NCBI GenBank assembly: GCA_963801605.1
Contig: CAWDFP010000011.1
Coordinates: 166,907 to 230,906, forward strand
Length of the DNA stretch: 64,000 bases
Direction of reading: 5' to 3'
Origin: an uncultured candidate division Zixibacteria bacterium
GTDB lineage: Bacteria; Zixibacteria; MSB-5A5; UBA10806
Part shown: positions 1 through 10,838 of the stretch, piece after piece
How positions within the stretch are numbered: position 1 is the stretch's first letter
How the letters are laid out: each line of letters starts with the position of its first letter
The notes under the pieces: model-generated
Told to the model about the DNA's origin: nothing
Databases searched by the model: none
The model's input: only the letters and a program-made list of their open reading frames with translations
Position numbers and translations under genes: made by a program

Positions 1-508
1 CCAATGAATCGACCGCTTTGCGCTGAAGTTTTTCATCCTGATAGCCATAGCTCTTGTTAGCCATTGAATTCGGATCGCAGGAAGCTTCCAGGCCCTCGCC
101 CACCAACCCCGCAGTTTGCCAGATTGGCTTGGAGGCGAGCTCATTCGCGGGCAGGATGCCTGTTAAAATCACTGGGACTTCGTTGATCTTGATTCTTCGA
201 GTCAATCTGGGGGAAAGGTTATCGACACCCGGCAGCATCGAGTTGGTCAGACGGTCGACATATTCCTCAGGAAATGTCGGGGCGTCGATATCGGCTGAAT
301 AGTAATCATCAACAGAGGCCGCCTGTGGAAGAATCATGATATTGGCGCCGAGGTTGTCGAGCTTGACCTTTACCGCCGTTTCCGACACAACCGAAACGGT
401 CTGAATGCCAACGATTACAGCGATGCCTAACGTCACCGCCAGAAGGGCCGAAACGAGCTGCGATTTTCGAAGCCAGAGCTCTTTCCAGATAATTGTATTA
501 AGCTTCAT
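1..508 (-). CDS. ABC transporter permease, MacB/FtsX family (N-terminal part; runs off the window edge)
   Basis: Not in the ORF track; read manually from ATG at 508: MKLNTIIWKELWLRKSQLVSALLAVTLGIAVIVGIQTVS...LDNLGANIMILP. This is the typical MacB first TM helix followed by the periplasmic core. It starts 11 nt downstream of the stop of the preceding gene. Confidence 0.8.
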   Translation of the reverse strand, partial: MKLNTIIWKELWLRKSQLVSALLAVTLGIAVIVGIQTVSVVSETAVKVKLDNLGANIMILPQAASVDDYYSADIDAPTFPEEYVDRLTNSMLPGVDNLSPRLTRRIKINEVPVILTGILPANELASKPIWQTAGLVGEGLEASCDPNSMANKSYGYQDEKLQRKAVDSL

Positions 509-519
509 TTATCGGCCGC

Positions 520-1275
520 TTACTTTTTGGTTGTCGGCGCACAAGAAGCGTTCGGCTTGGCGACTGTCGATGGACAGCAACCACCCACTTTCTTGGTAGC
601 CGTAGTCACCAACTGAGTGACTTGAACTTCGCCATTAAAGGTACCGGCGATCTGTCCCTGTGGATTAGCCACTACTGTGATAGGCACGGTAGATGCCATA
701 TTGATTTTCATTTCTTTAAGGAAATATTGTTCAGCCGGATCATCCATATCAACTTTCACCTGAACCGATTTTCCGGCCATCTGCTGACAGGCGGCAGCGC
801 ATGATTGGTCGACTGTCTCAACCGGCATGCCCTGGCGATAGGCAGTGATGAAGACCGCGTTCCCCAGAGTAAGGGCGTCGATTATTTCAGCCTTCTTGGG
901 CGAAGGTATCATTTTGGCAAGCGCTTCTGGAGTCGCCTTCTCGGCCTGCATGGCGCCGCTTACCGTTCCATTTGGATTGACTACCAGTATCATCGGTACA
1001 GGGATTGTGGCTATTTTATATTTGGCGACGATGTCGGAATTTTCAGGTTTGCTGCGGTCAAGTTCGACCATTGTCGATTTTTTGTTTTGCTCCGTTACCC
1101 CTTTAATAGTTGCCTTGGCGCCAGATACGTCAGCGGATGTACCGTCAGTCACCAATATGAATGCGACTTGCCCTTTTTTTGTTGCCTTTTCCAAGTCCTT
1201 GGATACTGAAGCCCACACCGTTGATGACACGATCAAAAGACTCACTCCAATACATGCGACACGCTTGATAAACAT
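520..1275 (-). CDS. Secreted/periplasmic protein with two thioredoxin-like repeats and a Cys-rich C-terminus
   Basis: Signal peptide MFIKRVACIGVSLLIVSSTVWA. Two similar halves (..VPMILVVNPNGTVSG.. and ..VPITVVANPQGQIAG..). CAAAC motif and C-terminal GGCC..SC. RBS GGAGAAGGAG upstream of ATG 1275. Confidence 0.6.
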   Translation of the reverse strand: MFIKRVACIGVSLLIVSSTVWASVSKDLEKATKKGQVAFILVTDGTSADVSGAKATIKGVTEQNKKSTMVELDRSKPENSDIVAKYKIATIPVPMILVVNPNGTVSGAMQAEKATPEALAKMIPSPKKAEIIDALTLGNAVFITAYRQGMPVETVDQSCAAACQQMAGKSVQVKVDMDDPAEQYFLKEMKINMASTVPITVVANPQGQIAGTFNGEVQVTQLVTTATKKVGGCCPSTVAKPNASCAPTTKK

Positions 1276-1357
1276 ACGTTTCTCCTTCTCCAGAATCACT
1301 TATTCAATTTTTTAATATTCAGCTCAATTTCTTTAGCCCAAGAAGATGCCTTTGTAG

Positions 1358-1798
1358 CTATTCTTCCGACAAGTGGAGCTCATGAAGCCAACCTGATATT
1401 TTACCTCTTATCAGTTCGCGCACCCGGCGATACTGAGATAACACTTCTTCCTCAGTGCCCGTAAATTTGGAAGGATCTTCGAAAGGCCAGTGAAGGCGGG
1501 TAGTTTCACCAGGAAAAAAGGGGCAAGCCTCAGCTGCCTCATCGCAAACCGTGATAACATAATCGAATTTTTGACCAGCAAACTCATTGACATGTTTGGC
1601 GTAATTCTTCGATATATCGATGCCTATTTCTTTTAAGACTCTAATGGCGTTTGTATTGACACTTCGGGGGTCGTTGCCTGCCGAATACACCTCAAGCCTC
1701 CCACCGCCCAGGGAACGCATTATTCCTTCTGCCATCTGAGAGCGATTGGAATTATGCGTGCAGAGCACAAGTACGCGAAGCTTCTTCGGGTTTGTCAT
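1358..1798 (-). CDS. arsC: Arsenate reductase, thioredoxin-coupled LMW-PTP family
   Basis: P-loop CTHNSNRSQMAE, resolving cysteines VCDEAAEACP, and HWPFEDP. Its ATG overlaps the arsR stop (ATGA). Confidence 0.92.
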   Translation of the reverse strand: MTNPKKLRVLVLCTHNSNRSQMAEGIMRSLGGGRLEVYSAGNDPRSVNTNAIRVLKEIGIDISKNYAKHVNEFAGQKFDYVITVCDEAAEACPFFPGETTRLHWPFEDPSKFTGTEEEVLSQYRRVRELIRGKISGWLHELHLSEE

Positions 1799-2130
1799 TC
1801 GCATCGGTCTTTCAAGTTGAGATATTTTTCTAACTTTTGTAAATCGGACCGGTGAGGTTCATCGGCAGTAAGATCCTTTGTTAGAAACTTATGAATGTTT
1901 TGAGAAAGTCCGTTATTGACCAAGCTGTAGTGCACCCATTTACCGGCTCTGCGGTCAACTACCAATCCCGCGGATTTTAATCGGGCCATGTGTCGCGATA
2001 TTGTCGACTGCGGCATGTCCAACACTTCCATGAGGTCGCAAACGCAAAGTTCCCCATGCGTTAAAAGAGCCGTAATCCGAAGCCTGGTCTTATCCGATAA
2101 CGCTTTGAAAAGATGGGCGGTCTCAGGCAT
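1795..2130 (-). CDS. arsR: ArsR/SmtB family As(III)-responsive repressor
   Basis: [12 protein letters not shown], metal-binding motif [35 protein letters not shown] before ATG 2130. Confidence 0.92.
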   Translation of the reverse strand: MPETAHLFKALSDKTRLRITALLTHGELCVCDLMEVLDMPQSTISRHMARLKSAGLVVDRRAGKWVHYSLVNNGLSQNIHKFLTKDLTADEPHRSDLQKLEKYLNLKDRCE

Positions 2131-3193
2131 GGCTGGCCTCCTTTTCGCCAATGACGATTTCGGTCGAATAATAACGCTTTCTAAAATATAGGGCGACGTT
2201 GACCAGGCCAATCATGACTGGGACTTCAACCAATGGCCCAATAACCGCCGCAAAGGCAACCCCGGAGTGAATTCCGAAGACCGCTACGGCAACGGCTATG
2301 GCCAACTCGAAATTATTCGAGGCGGCTGTAAATGCAAGGGTCGTGGAGCGTCCATAATCGGCGCCGACTTTCTTGCTCAAGAAGAAACTCACCAAAAACA
2401 TGGCGACAAAATAGATCAGGAGCGGTATGGCAATGCGAACGACATCCATTGGAATTTTGACGATATGCTCGCCCTTAAGAGAGAACATGACAATGATTGT
2501 AAAGAGAAGCGCAATCAATGTAATGGGTGAAATAAGCGGTATAAATTTCCTGTGATACCAATCCTTGCCCTTAATGCTTATGAGAGAGAATCGCGTGATA
2601 ATGCCAGCCAGGAAAGGAATTCCCAAATAGATAAAGACGCTCTTGGCGATCTGACCGATTGTTATTTGGACAACCGCGCCGGATAGGCCGAAAAGTGGCG
2701 GCAGTTTGGTCACAAATATCCACGCGAAAACCGAATAAAAGAGAATCTGAAAGACGCTGTTGAATGCCACTAGCCCAGCGGCATATTCCGGATCGCCGGA
2801 GGCCAGGTCGTTCCAGACAATGACCATGGCAATGCAGCGAGCCAGGCCAATCATGATAAGCCCTACCATATATTCCGGATAAGCAGGCAAAAAGACGATG
2901 GCCAGAAAAAACATCAGTATCGGCCCAATGACCCAGTTTTGAACCAACGACAAGCTCAGGACCTTCCAATCACGAAATACCCGTCCCATCTCTTCATAAC
3001 GTACCTTGGCCAGAGGCGGGTACATCATTAGTATCAGCCCTACGGCTATAGGAATATTGGTGGTCCCGACATTAAAGCGGTTCCAGAAAGCAGGTATATT
3101 AGGCACAAGATACCCCATGCTAACCCCAACAGCCATAGCCAGGAATATCCAAAGAGTCAGGAAGCGGTCTAAAAAGCTTAGTTTTTTTCTCAT
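2123..3193 (-). CDS. acr3: Acr3 family arsenite efflux transporter
   Basis: [51 protein letters not shown]. Confidence 0.95.
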   Translation of the reverse strand: MRKKLSFLDRFLTLWIFLAMAVGVSMGYLVPNIPAFWNRFNVGTTNIPIAVGLILMMYPPLAKVRYEEMGRVFRDWKVLSLSLVQNWVIGPILMFFLAIVFLPAYPEYMVGLIMIGLARCIAMVIVWNDLASGDPEYAAGLVAFNSVFQILFYSVFAWIFVTKLPPLFGLSGAVVQITIGQIAKSVFIYLGIPFLAGIITRFSLISIKGKDWYHRKFIPLISPITLIALLFTIIVMFSLKGEHIVKIPMDVVRIAIPLLIYFVAMFLVSFFLSKKVGADYGRSTTLAFTAASNNFELAIAVAVAVFGIHSGVAFAAVIGPLVEVPVMIGLVNVALYFRKRYYSTEIVIGEKEASHA

Positions 3194-3256
3194 ATCCTGT
3201 AGTATTTCTCCTTACATCGTATCATTAACTGGTTTTTAAACCAGCGTCATATTCAC

Positions 3257-3299
3257 ATATCCGCTTAAGCGAATATAATAATTGAAAAAATAATGTCAA
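3257..3299 (-). promoter_or_regulatory. Sigma70 promoter of the ars operon overlapped by a palindromic operator (probable ArsR site)
   Basis: Minus strand TTGACA(3299-3294)-N16-TATATT(3277-3272). Near-perfect palindrome ATATCCGCTTAAGCGAATAT at 3257-3276 overlaps the -10 element. Confidence 0.65.
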
Positions 3300-3466
3300 G
3301 ATTTTTGGTTTACAGGTGGGAGATATTATCAGCAATTTTCAATGCAAAATTCAATTGCATTTGCTTATTAGCATAGTATAATTTTAATGAAATATCTTGG
3401 CACCTTGAAATTAATCAGCTATTTGTAAAAAGGCTGTAACGAGCTAACTATTAATAGGACCTCAAA

Positions 3467-3988
3467 ATGAATCCCGAATATTCAATCGCTCTCGGCATTT
3501 TTTTAACATGTCTCGCAATACGCACAAGCTATGAGATATTAAAGAGAGCTGGAAAGATAAATCCCAAAAGCACAATTCTTTTTCTACTGATTCTACTGGC
3601 AATGTGCCTTTTATGGATAAGCTGGTTTGGCATGTGCCCTCAGGACCCATTGCAGCTCAAAGTACCTGACCCGGTGAGATGGATTGGATTGGGAATCCTC
3701 TTGATAGGCCTGGGACTGGCGATCGGCGCCTTAATTCAGCTTAGGGGCGTTGAAAACATCGATCATCTTGTAACCACCGGGTTGTTCAGGAGACTGCGGC
3801 ATCCAATGTACCTGGGATTCATCTTATGGATTTTTGGCTGGGCAATCTTTCATGGCGCCGTGGCGAGCCTTATCGCCGGTTTCGTTGGTATTGGTAATAT
3901 ATTTTATTGGCGGCATCTTGAAGAAGTTCATCTGGCGAAAACGTATGGGGAGGAATATTACAGATACCGCAAACAAACCTGGTTTTAG
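3467..3988 (+). CDS. Isoprenylcysteine carboxylmethyltransferase / PEMT family membrane methyltransferase
   Basis: LVTTGLFRRLRHPMYLG and EEVHLAKTYGEEYYRY motifs; multiple TM helices. Confidence 0.85.
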   Translation: MNPEYSIALGIFLTCLAIRTSYEILKRAGKINPKSTILFLLILLAMCLLWISWFGMCPQDPLQLKVPDPVRWIGLGILLIGLGLAIGALIQLRGVENIDHLVTTGLFRRLRHPMYLGFILWIFGWAIFHGAVASLIAGFVGIGNIFYWRHLEEVHLAKTYGEEYYRYRKQTWF

Positions 3989-4016
3989 GGATAATATTCG
4001 TTAAAGGAGATTGATT

Positions 4017-4577
4017 ATGCTTCGGGCCTGGGTGGTGACAGTGTTTCCGGTTTTATTTCTGATTATTTTATTTGGCGGAGGAACCCTTTTTAAGAAACGA
4101 AAAATCGACATGGATGGAGAACCTCCAATTAACCGCACTATCTTTATATCCAGTAAGTACCTGATTATATTAGTCTGGGTAGCGATGGTTATGCAAAATT
4201 GGGGTATAAATCTCAGTTTTTTTAGCCTTCCGAACTTTGTCAAACGTCTTTCACTGGTCTTATGGATTGTCGGTTTTTCGCTATTGTTCATCGGGCGGTT
4301 TGGCATGGGCGATTCTTTCAGGATTGGATCTCCCAAGGAAAGCACCGGCCTGAAAGTAAACGGCCTGTTCAGGATCAGCAGAAATCCGATGTATCTGGGA
4401 GTGTTTACGACTCTTCTCGCGGCCGTGCTTTGCACTCTCAATCCGCTGTTGCTGTTGATAGTGATATTTATCGTCGCAGTACATCATCAAATTGTTCTGG
4501 CCGAGGAAATATATTTGCAAAAAACATTCGGGGAAGAATATCTTTCTTATTGTCTCAGAGTTAGACGATATATATGA
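4017..4577 (+). CDS. Isoprenylcysteine carboxylmethyltransferase / PEMT family membrane methyltransferase
   Basis: LKVNGLFRISRNPMYLG and EEIYLQKTFGEEYLSYCLRVRRY. RBS AAGGAG; start is ATG 4017 or TTG 4011. Confidence 0.85.
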   Translation: MLRAWVVTVFPVLFLIILFGGGTLFKKRKIDMDGEPPINRTIFISSKYLIILVWVAMVMQNWGINLSFFSLPNFVKRLSLVLWIVGFSLLFIGRFGMGDSFRIGSPKESTGLKVNGLFRISRNPMYLGVFTTLLAAVLCTLNPLLLLIVIFIVAVHHQIVLAEEIYLQKTFGEEYLSYCLRVRRYI

Positions 4578-4786
4578 CAGTAGAATTGTAGATTTTCGAA
4601 ATAAATTCCTGTGACAGAATTATACTGGAATCACAGATGGACAAGACCAAAGTTTTTACTTTTTAATAAGTATTGCGATCCTGAGAAATAGAATATTACG
4701 GTCCTGTTTTAGGCATCTTGGACGCATTTGGGGCACTATCTGGGCATCATAATATTCAATCACTTTTCGCCGGCATTTTCATTTAA

Positions 4787-5467
4787 TCAGCCGACATTCA
4801 GCCTATATCCCACTCCGGGCTCGGTTATTATCAATCGGGGCCGCGAGGGGTCTCCTTCAAGTTTGTGACGAAGCTGAGCTATATAGATGCGCAGATAATG
4901 CGTGTGCTCGATAGCCGAAATTCCCCAAATCTCTTTTAGAAGTTGCCTCTGGGTCATCAGCTTTCCGGCGTTCCTCGCTAGCAGGCTTAAGAGACGGTAT
5001 TCAGTATCGGTTAGTTTAATTTCTTCGCCGTTCAGTTTCACCAGATGGGCCGCGTAATCGATTTCGAGTGAACTAACCTTAAAAATCGCTTCCTCGCCTG
5101 TCGATTGCGATAATCTTAGCGCCGCCCGGATTCGAGCTAACAACTCCGGTACACCAAACGGTTTGGTGATATAATCATTCGCACCGGAATCGAGTAAGGC
5201 TACTTTGTCAATTTCGGAATCCCTGACAGTTAGAATAATTATCGGAATTTGACTCCACTCGCGAATTGATTTTAAAACCTTGAGGCCATCTATATCGGGC
5301 AATCCCAAATCCAAAACGATGAGATCAGGATGCGAAATTGCCGCCTGCTCAATCCCTTCTTTGCCTCCGGCAGCTTCGATTATTGTATATCCCTGCGATT
5401 TCAAACTTACCTTTAACAGCCGCCGGATTGCAGCCTCATCATCAATTATAAGTATCTTACCTGCCAT
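4787..5467 (-). CDS. kdpE: Response regulator KdpE (OmpR family)
   Basis: ILIIDDE, LDLGLPD, DYITKPF, YLRIYIAQLRHKLE, ITEPGVGY. Overlaps the end of kdpD. Confidence 0.93.
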   Translation of the reverse strand: MAGKILIIDDEAAIRRLLKVSLKSQGYTIIEAAGGKEGIEQAAISHPDLIVLDLGLPDIDGLKVLKSIREWSQIPIIILTVRDSEIDKVALLDSGANDYITKPFGVPELLARIRAALRLSQSTGEEAIFKVSSLEIDYAAHLVKLNGEEIKLTDTEYRLLSLLARNAGKLMTQRQLLKEIWGISAIEHTHYLRIYIAQLRHKLEGDPSRPRLIITEPGVGYRLNVG

Positions 5468-8147
5468 ATTCTGCCTCTGGTGGTATTTCCGGTTGAATCT
5501 TGAGGGGAAGCGAAATGACAAATATCGCCCCGGCGCCCGGTCGGTTGTGTACTGATATTTTGCCACCATGCAATTCCACAATATTTTTGGCCAGCCAAAG
5601 CCCAAGTCCTATGCCGCCTGCAGGTGTCCCGGTCACTCTATAGAAGCGATTGAATATATTTTGTATCGCATATTCAGGTATGCCCGGGCCGGAATCGGAA
5701 ACAACTATTTCAAGCGTTTCGGTCTTCGGTTTTACCTCGATTTTTATTTCCATGCCAATCGGGGTAGCATTGGCAGCGTTGCGAACGAGGTTGGAAAGGA
5801 CCTGTTCCATCAGATGAAAATCGATATAAATCAACGGCAGTTTCTCTGGCACATCAAAATCCACCTTATAAGTTTCCAATATCTTATCAAGTCTTTCAAG
5901 TGTAATCGAAATTAAATCTTTGGGATCACACCATTCCAGTTTAAGCTTGATCATACCGGAATTCAGGCGCGACGTATCCAATAGGTTTTCGATAACCTGA
6001 TTAAGCCGCTCGGATGAATCGATCAGCTCCCTGGCTAATTCATTCCTGGCGTCAACATTACTGACTATCTCCGGGTCCTGCAGCGCGGAGGAGGCTCCCA
6101 TAATTGCCGTTAACGGTGTTCGGATTTCGTGAGAAATCGAATCCAGAATAGTTTGATGCAGCCTTTCTGATTCCTGCAATTGTAGCGCCTTTCGAGATTT
6201 CTCGTTAAGCATTTCTCGTTCGATACCAATGGCAAGCTGCCGCACTACAGTATTCAGGAACCCCGAATCATCGGGCAAAAGTCGGATTTTGGATTGCGAT
6301 CGAAAAATAAATACGCCGACGATACTTGAAGTTCCAATCAACGGCAAATAAAGCGAATCTGCCGATGGCAGCGTATCCGTCGACCATCCAGCGGGCCGGT
6401 TATTAGCAAACGCATAGTTGGCTACGGCCATCTCTTGCTCATTCGGCACCCATTTCCTGCCGGGCGTATTCACCGGCGCAAGATTTCCGCCCGAATCATC
6501 CAGCAAAACCGCGCAATCGGCTTTAAGAATAGCCCCAACGCGATTGATGCTCACATCGATAAAACTTTCCCTGCTGCTCGATCCGGCAATCGCTTTGACA
6601 ATTTCATAGAGAATATCTGTACGTTCCTCTCTTTGCCTGAGCATTTGTTCGCGGTTGCGGATTCGGTGAGTCAGGGTGCCGGTAACTACCGCCACCACAA
6701 AATAGGCAACACCCATAATGATATCTTCGGGCGCTCTGATCGTGAATTTTCCAACCGGCGGAATGAAGAAATAATCCCAAATAAAGGTGCTGAGAATGGC
6801 GGCTAAGAGTATCGGACCCAGGGATACAAATAAGCTTACCAGCAGTATCGATAATAGAAATACGAATCCAACCGCTCTGTACCCTATGGTCGGGTTCAAA
6901 ATACTATTGAGAAGGGAGATTGCCGCAATGATCCAGAGCACATACCAGTAGGATAGAAATCCTGATTTAGGCATAAAATTAAAGAAACGATTCTTAGGCT
7001 TTGAAACCGGTTTCTCATGCCGCAAAACTAAAACATCGAAATGAGCGCTTTCTCTGACAAGCCTATCCAACGGCGTACCGCCGCTAAAAATATCCTTAAG
7101 CCAGTGGCGCATCGGCCTGCCGAATATTATCTGGGTTATATTCCTCTGTTCGGCAATTCGCAGTAAAGCCTTCCCCAGATCAGGATCGGCCGTTGAGACG
7201 ATTTCTCCGCCCAGCTCTCCAACTAATGCCAGATTTTTAACAAGCTGCGCTTTATCCTGCTCCGTTAGGGTGATTCCCGTATCAACATAAGCCGCGATCC
7301 AGGGAGCATCCAGGCTGAAAGCGATACGCCGCGCGGTCCGGATCAGGCTCTCCGATGTTGGGCTGTGGCTGATTGCAACCATTAAGCGTTCCGTGGACCG
7401 CCATCCGGATACCCGGCCACGCAAAGCCATCAGAGTTTGAAGATCATTTTCAACTTTCTCGGCTGTCAATCGAAGCGCAATCTCGCGCAAGGCGCTCAAA
7501 TGATCTTCCTTGAAAAATCCCTCGATGGCGCGTTGAGCCAAATCGCCCAAATAAACTTTGCCATCATTCAAACGCTTGAGCAAATCGGCAGGCGTGATAT
7601 CGACTAACTCTATTTGTGCAGCTCGTTCTAATATGGAATCGGGAACAGTCTCTCTAATTGTAACTCCCGTGATATTTTCGACAGTATCTTTGCGGCTTTC
7701 GATATGCTGGACATTTAAGGTAGTATAGACATCAATTCCGGCATCGAGAATTTCGATCACGTCCTGCCATCGTTTTTGGTGCCGCGAACCGGGAACGTTG
7801 GTATGGGCGAGCTCATCAACCAATACCAGGGCGGGATGACGCGATAACACGGCATCAATATCGAACTCCTCGATTGTCGTATCTCGATAGGGAATAATTT
7901 TTCTGGGAATTGTTGGTAAATCCTTGATCAGAGCTTCAGTTTCAGTTCGTCCGTGGGTTTCCACCAGACCAATAATAACATCGACGCCTTCCTTAAGCCG
8001 TGCCTGAGCCGCCTCCAGCATGGCGTAGGTTTTTCCTACCCCGGCAGCCATGCCAAAAAAGATGCCAAGTTTCCCCTTTTTACCGCCAAAATCAGTTTTT
8101 TGAAGCGCCTTTAAAAGGGCATCCGGATTTGGTCTGATATCATCCAT
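5457..8147 (-). CDS. kdpD: Sensor histidine kinase KdpD
   Basis: GMAAGVGKTYAML, LVDELAHTN, Usp-like region, four TM helices, SISHEIRTPL and an HATPase domain. Confidence 0.96.
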   Translation of the reverse strand: MDDIRPNPDALLKALQKTDFGGKKGKLGIFFGMAAGVGKTYAMLEAAQARLKEGVDVIIGLVETHGRTETEALIKDLPTIPRKIIPYRDTTIEEFDIDAVLSRHPALVLVDELAHTNVPGSRHQKRWQDVIEILDAGIDVYTTLNVQHIESRKDTVENITGVTIRETVPDSILERAAQIELVDITPADLLKRLNDGKVYLGDLAQRAIEGFFKEDHLSALREIALRLTAEKVENDLQTLMALRGRVSGWRSTERLMVAISHSPTSESLIRTARRIAFSLDAPWIAAYVDTGITLTEQDKAQLVKNLALVGELGGEIVSTADPDLGKALLRIAEQRNITQIIFGRPMRHWLKDIFSGGTPLDRLVRESAHFDVLVLRHEKPVSKPKNRFFNFMPKSGFLSYWYVLWIIAAISLLNSILNPTIGYRAVGFVFLLSILLVSLFVSLGPILLAAILSTFIWDYFFIPPVGKFTIRAPEDIIMGVAYFVVAVVTGTLTHRIRNREQMLRQREERTDILYEIVKAIAGSSSRESFIDVSINRVGAILKADCAVLLDDSGGNLAPVNTPGRKWVPNEQEMAVANYAFANNRPAGWSTDTLPSADSLYLPLIGTSSIVGVFIFRSQSKIRLLPDDSGFLNTVVRQLAIGIEREMLNEKSRKALQLQESERLHQTILDSISHEIRTPLTAIMGASSALQDPEIVSNVDARNELARELIDSSERLNQVIENLLDTSRLNSGMIKLKLEWCDPKDLISITLERLDKILETYKVDFDVPEKLPLIYIDFHLMEQVLSNLVRNAANATPIGMEIKIEVKPKTETLEIVVSDSGPGIPEYAIQNIFNRFYRVTGTPAGGIGLGLWLAKNIVELHGGKISVHNRPGAGAIFVISLPLKIQPEIPPEAEYGR

Positions 8148-8154
8148 AATCGTT

Positions 8155-8727
8155 CTAATTTACGAAAGTCGAATCAAGCGCCAGATTTAGCAATAGGACA
8201 TTTACCCTCGGCTCTCCGAATATTCTAAAGTCTGGCTGCTCAATACTATTTTCGACAAGCTTAATTAGCTTTATTTTTTGGTTATTGTCAAGCCCTCGCG
8301 CGCCTGCCACCCTTTCAATTTGAAATCTGGCTGCTTCGGGTGATATATCGGGATCAAGCCCGCTCGCGGAACTAAAGAGCAGGTCCGAGGGAACTCGCCC
8401 CGAATAAGCGTTGGACCTTTGCAAAAACTCCTTTCGCGCCTTTACCGAATCTTTGAGTGCGGCGCTGGTTGGCCCCAGGTTTGACGCTCCTGACGGCAAA
8501 GGATTATAATCTGTTGCCGACGGCCGCGGCCAGAAATACTTTTTCCCTATAAATTTCTGCCCCAGGAGAGTTGAGCCAATAGCTTTACCATCGACCTTTA
8601 TTATGCTGCCGTTAGACTTGCTCGGGAAAATGGCCTGACCCAATAGCGTAATCAGGAGTGGATAAATAATCCCTGTCACCAGAGTCATTATCAGAAATAA
8701 TTTTAAGGCTTGAATTATCGTTTTCAT
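8155..8727 (-). CDS. kdpC: K+-transporting ATPase subunit C
   Basis: YFWPRPSA, SGASNLGPTS, SASGLDPDIS, GEPRVNVLLLNLALD. Alternative GTG start at 8736. Confidence 0.95.
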   Translation of the reverse strand: MKTIIQALKLFLIMTLVTGIIYPLLITLLGQAIFPSKSNGSIIKVDGKAIGSTLLGQKFIGKKYFWPRPSATDYNPLPSGASNLGPTSAALKDSVKARKEFLQRSNAYSGRVPSDLLFSSASGLDPDISPEAARFQIERVAGARGLDNNQKIKLIKLVENSIEQPDFRIFGEPRVNVLLLNLALDSTFVN

Positions 8728-8732
8728 AAATA

Positions 8733-10830
8733 TCACCTGACCAATCCAATCGTCGTAATTAACAGATCGAGAGCCTTTATTCCGATAAACGGAGCTAACA
8801 AACCCCCGACGCCATATATCAATAAATTCTTACGCAACAAGGTTGAGGCATTCTGCGCTCTATAATGAACTCCTCGCAGTGCCAGTGGAATTAAAGCTAC
8901 TATGATTAAAGCATTAAATATTATCGCACTTAATATGGCGCTTTGCGGCGAATGCAGCTTCATAATGTTTAAGGCCGAAAGCGGCCCAACCGAGTTCCCC
9001 GATACTGCATAGAGCGTTCCAAATATCGCCGGTATAATTGCGAAATATTTCGCCACGTCATTGGCTATACTGAATGTGGTCAGAGCGCCTCTGGTCATCA
9101 GCAACTGCTTTCCGATTTCCACTATTTGAATCAGCTTTGTCGGATTGCTATCCAGATCAACCATGTTGCCGGCCTCGCGAGCTGCCTGAGTGCCGGTGTT
9201 CATGGCAACAGCCACATCGGCCTGGGCCAGCGCCGGAGCATCATTGGTGCCATCGCCAGTCATGGCCACCAGATGACCTGCCGCCTGTTCTGCCCGGATA
9301 CGATCAAGTTTGGATTCAGGTGTTGCCTGAGCGATAAAATCATCAACTCCCGCCTCAGCCGCAATTGCTGCCGCGGTCATGGGATTATCGCCTGTAATCA
9401 TAACAGTTTTGATACCCATATTTCGTAATTCGGCAAAACGCTCTTTGATCCCGCCTTTGACAACATCCTTTAAATGTACGATTCCCAGATAATTCTTCTC
9501 ATCTGCTACCGCCAGCGGCGTGCCACCGGAATGCGATATTCGAACCACAGCCTCCTGAAGAGCCGTAGGAAAACTACTGCCGTTACCTTCAACATACTCG
9601 CGGATAGCATCCACTGCCCCCTTTCTGATCGATAAAGATGGTGAACCATCATCATCTAAAACATCGATACCGCTCATTCTGGTCTGGGCCGAAAATGGCA
9701 CGAATCTAGCCTGGCTGGGTGTTATGGTCTGAGCGCGAAGATCCGAATTTCTCTTTGGCTAATACCACTATGGAGCGCCCCTCGGGAGTTTCATCAGCTA
9801 ATGATGCCAGTTGGGCAGCTTCGGCTAAATGCATTGTGGAAATCATAGGCGCGGGAATAAATTCAACCGCCATGCGATTGCCGAATGTGATCGTACCGGT
9901 TTTATCGAGCAGCAGGATATCTATATCACCCGAGGCCTCGATTGCCCGTCCGCTTCTGGCTATTACATTTTGACGGATCAATCTGCCCATTCCGGCAATT
10001 CCAACGGCGCTTAGCAAACCGCCAATTGTGGTGGGAATAAGACATACCAACAGCGCGACAAGTACCGGCACGGTAACAATATTAGACAAATCCTGATCGC
10101 TGGCTTTACCGCTGTAATCGGCAAAGAATTTAAGCGTCGCTACTGCCAATAGAAAAATGATAGTCATCCCCGCCAAAACAATATTAAGAGCGATTTCATT
10201 TGGGGTTTTCTGCCGTCTGGCGCCCTCGATCATGGCAATTATATGGTCGATAAATGAATTTCCGGGTGTCGATGTTACCTGCATCACGATCCGATCGCTT
10301 ATCACTTTTGTCCCGCCGGTAACTGCGCTTCTATCACCGCCGCTTTCGCGGATCACCGGCGCCGATTCGCCGGTAATGGCGGATTCATCCACGCTGGCAA
10401 TTCCCTCGATAACTTCGCCATCGGCCGGAATGATATTGCCGGCTTCACATACGACAATATCGCCCTTTTTTAATACCGATGCCGGAATGCTCGTTTCGAT
10501 TCCATTTTTAAGCAATCTGGCATTGATCTCGACTCTGGTTCGTTTGAGACTTTCGGCCATCGCTTTGCCTTGTCCTTCGGCAATAGCTTCCGCAAAATTG
10601 GCGAAGAGCACCGTAAACCAAAGCCAGAGTGCAATCTGAAATTCAAATCCGGAAAAAGCGCCGCCAAACGCCCTTAATAGGAAGATTACCGATGTCATCA
10701 TCGCCCCGACCCATGTTACAAACATTACCGGGTTTCTGATTTCTTCCCGAGGAGTAAGCTTTTTAAAAGCTCCGATAATTGAGCTTTTAATAAGCTTTCT
10801 ATCAAACATATTTATCGCTTTTGTTACCAT
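8733..10830 (-). CDS. kdpB: K+-transporting ATPase subunit B (one-base frameshift near 9743, probably a sequencing error)
   Basis: TGES, DKTGT, KGAVD, TGDN and GDGTND are spread over two ORFs. Removing one base at ~9743 gives the continuous sequence [29 protein letters not shown]. Confidence 0.93.
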
Positions 10831-10838
10831 AATATCAC

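Noticed and set aside
9706..9750. Programmed frameshift or genuinely split kdpB
   Set aside because: No slippery sequence; one extra base explains it, and the same pattern recurs across the window.
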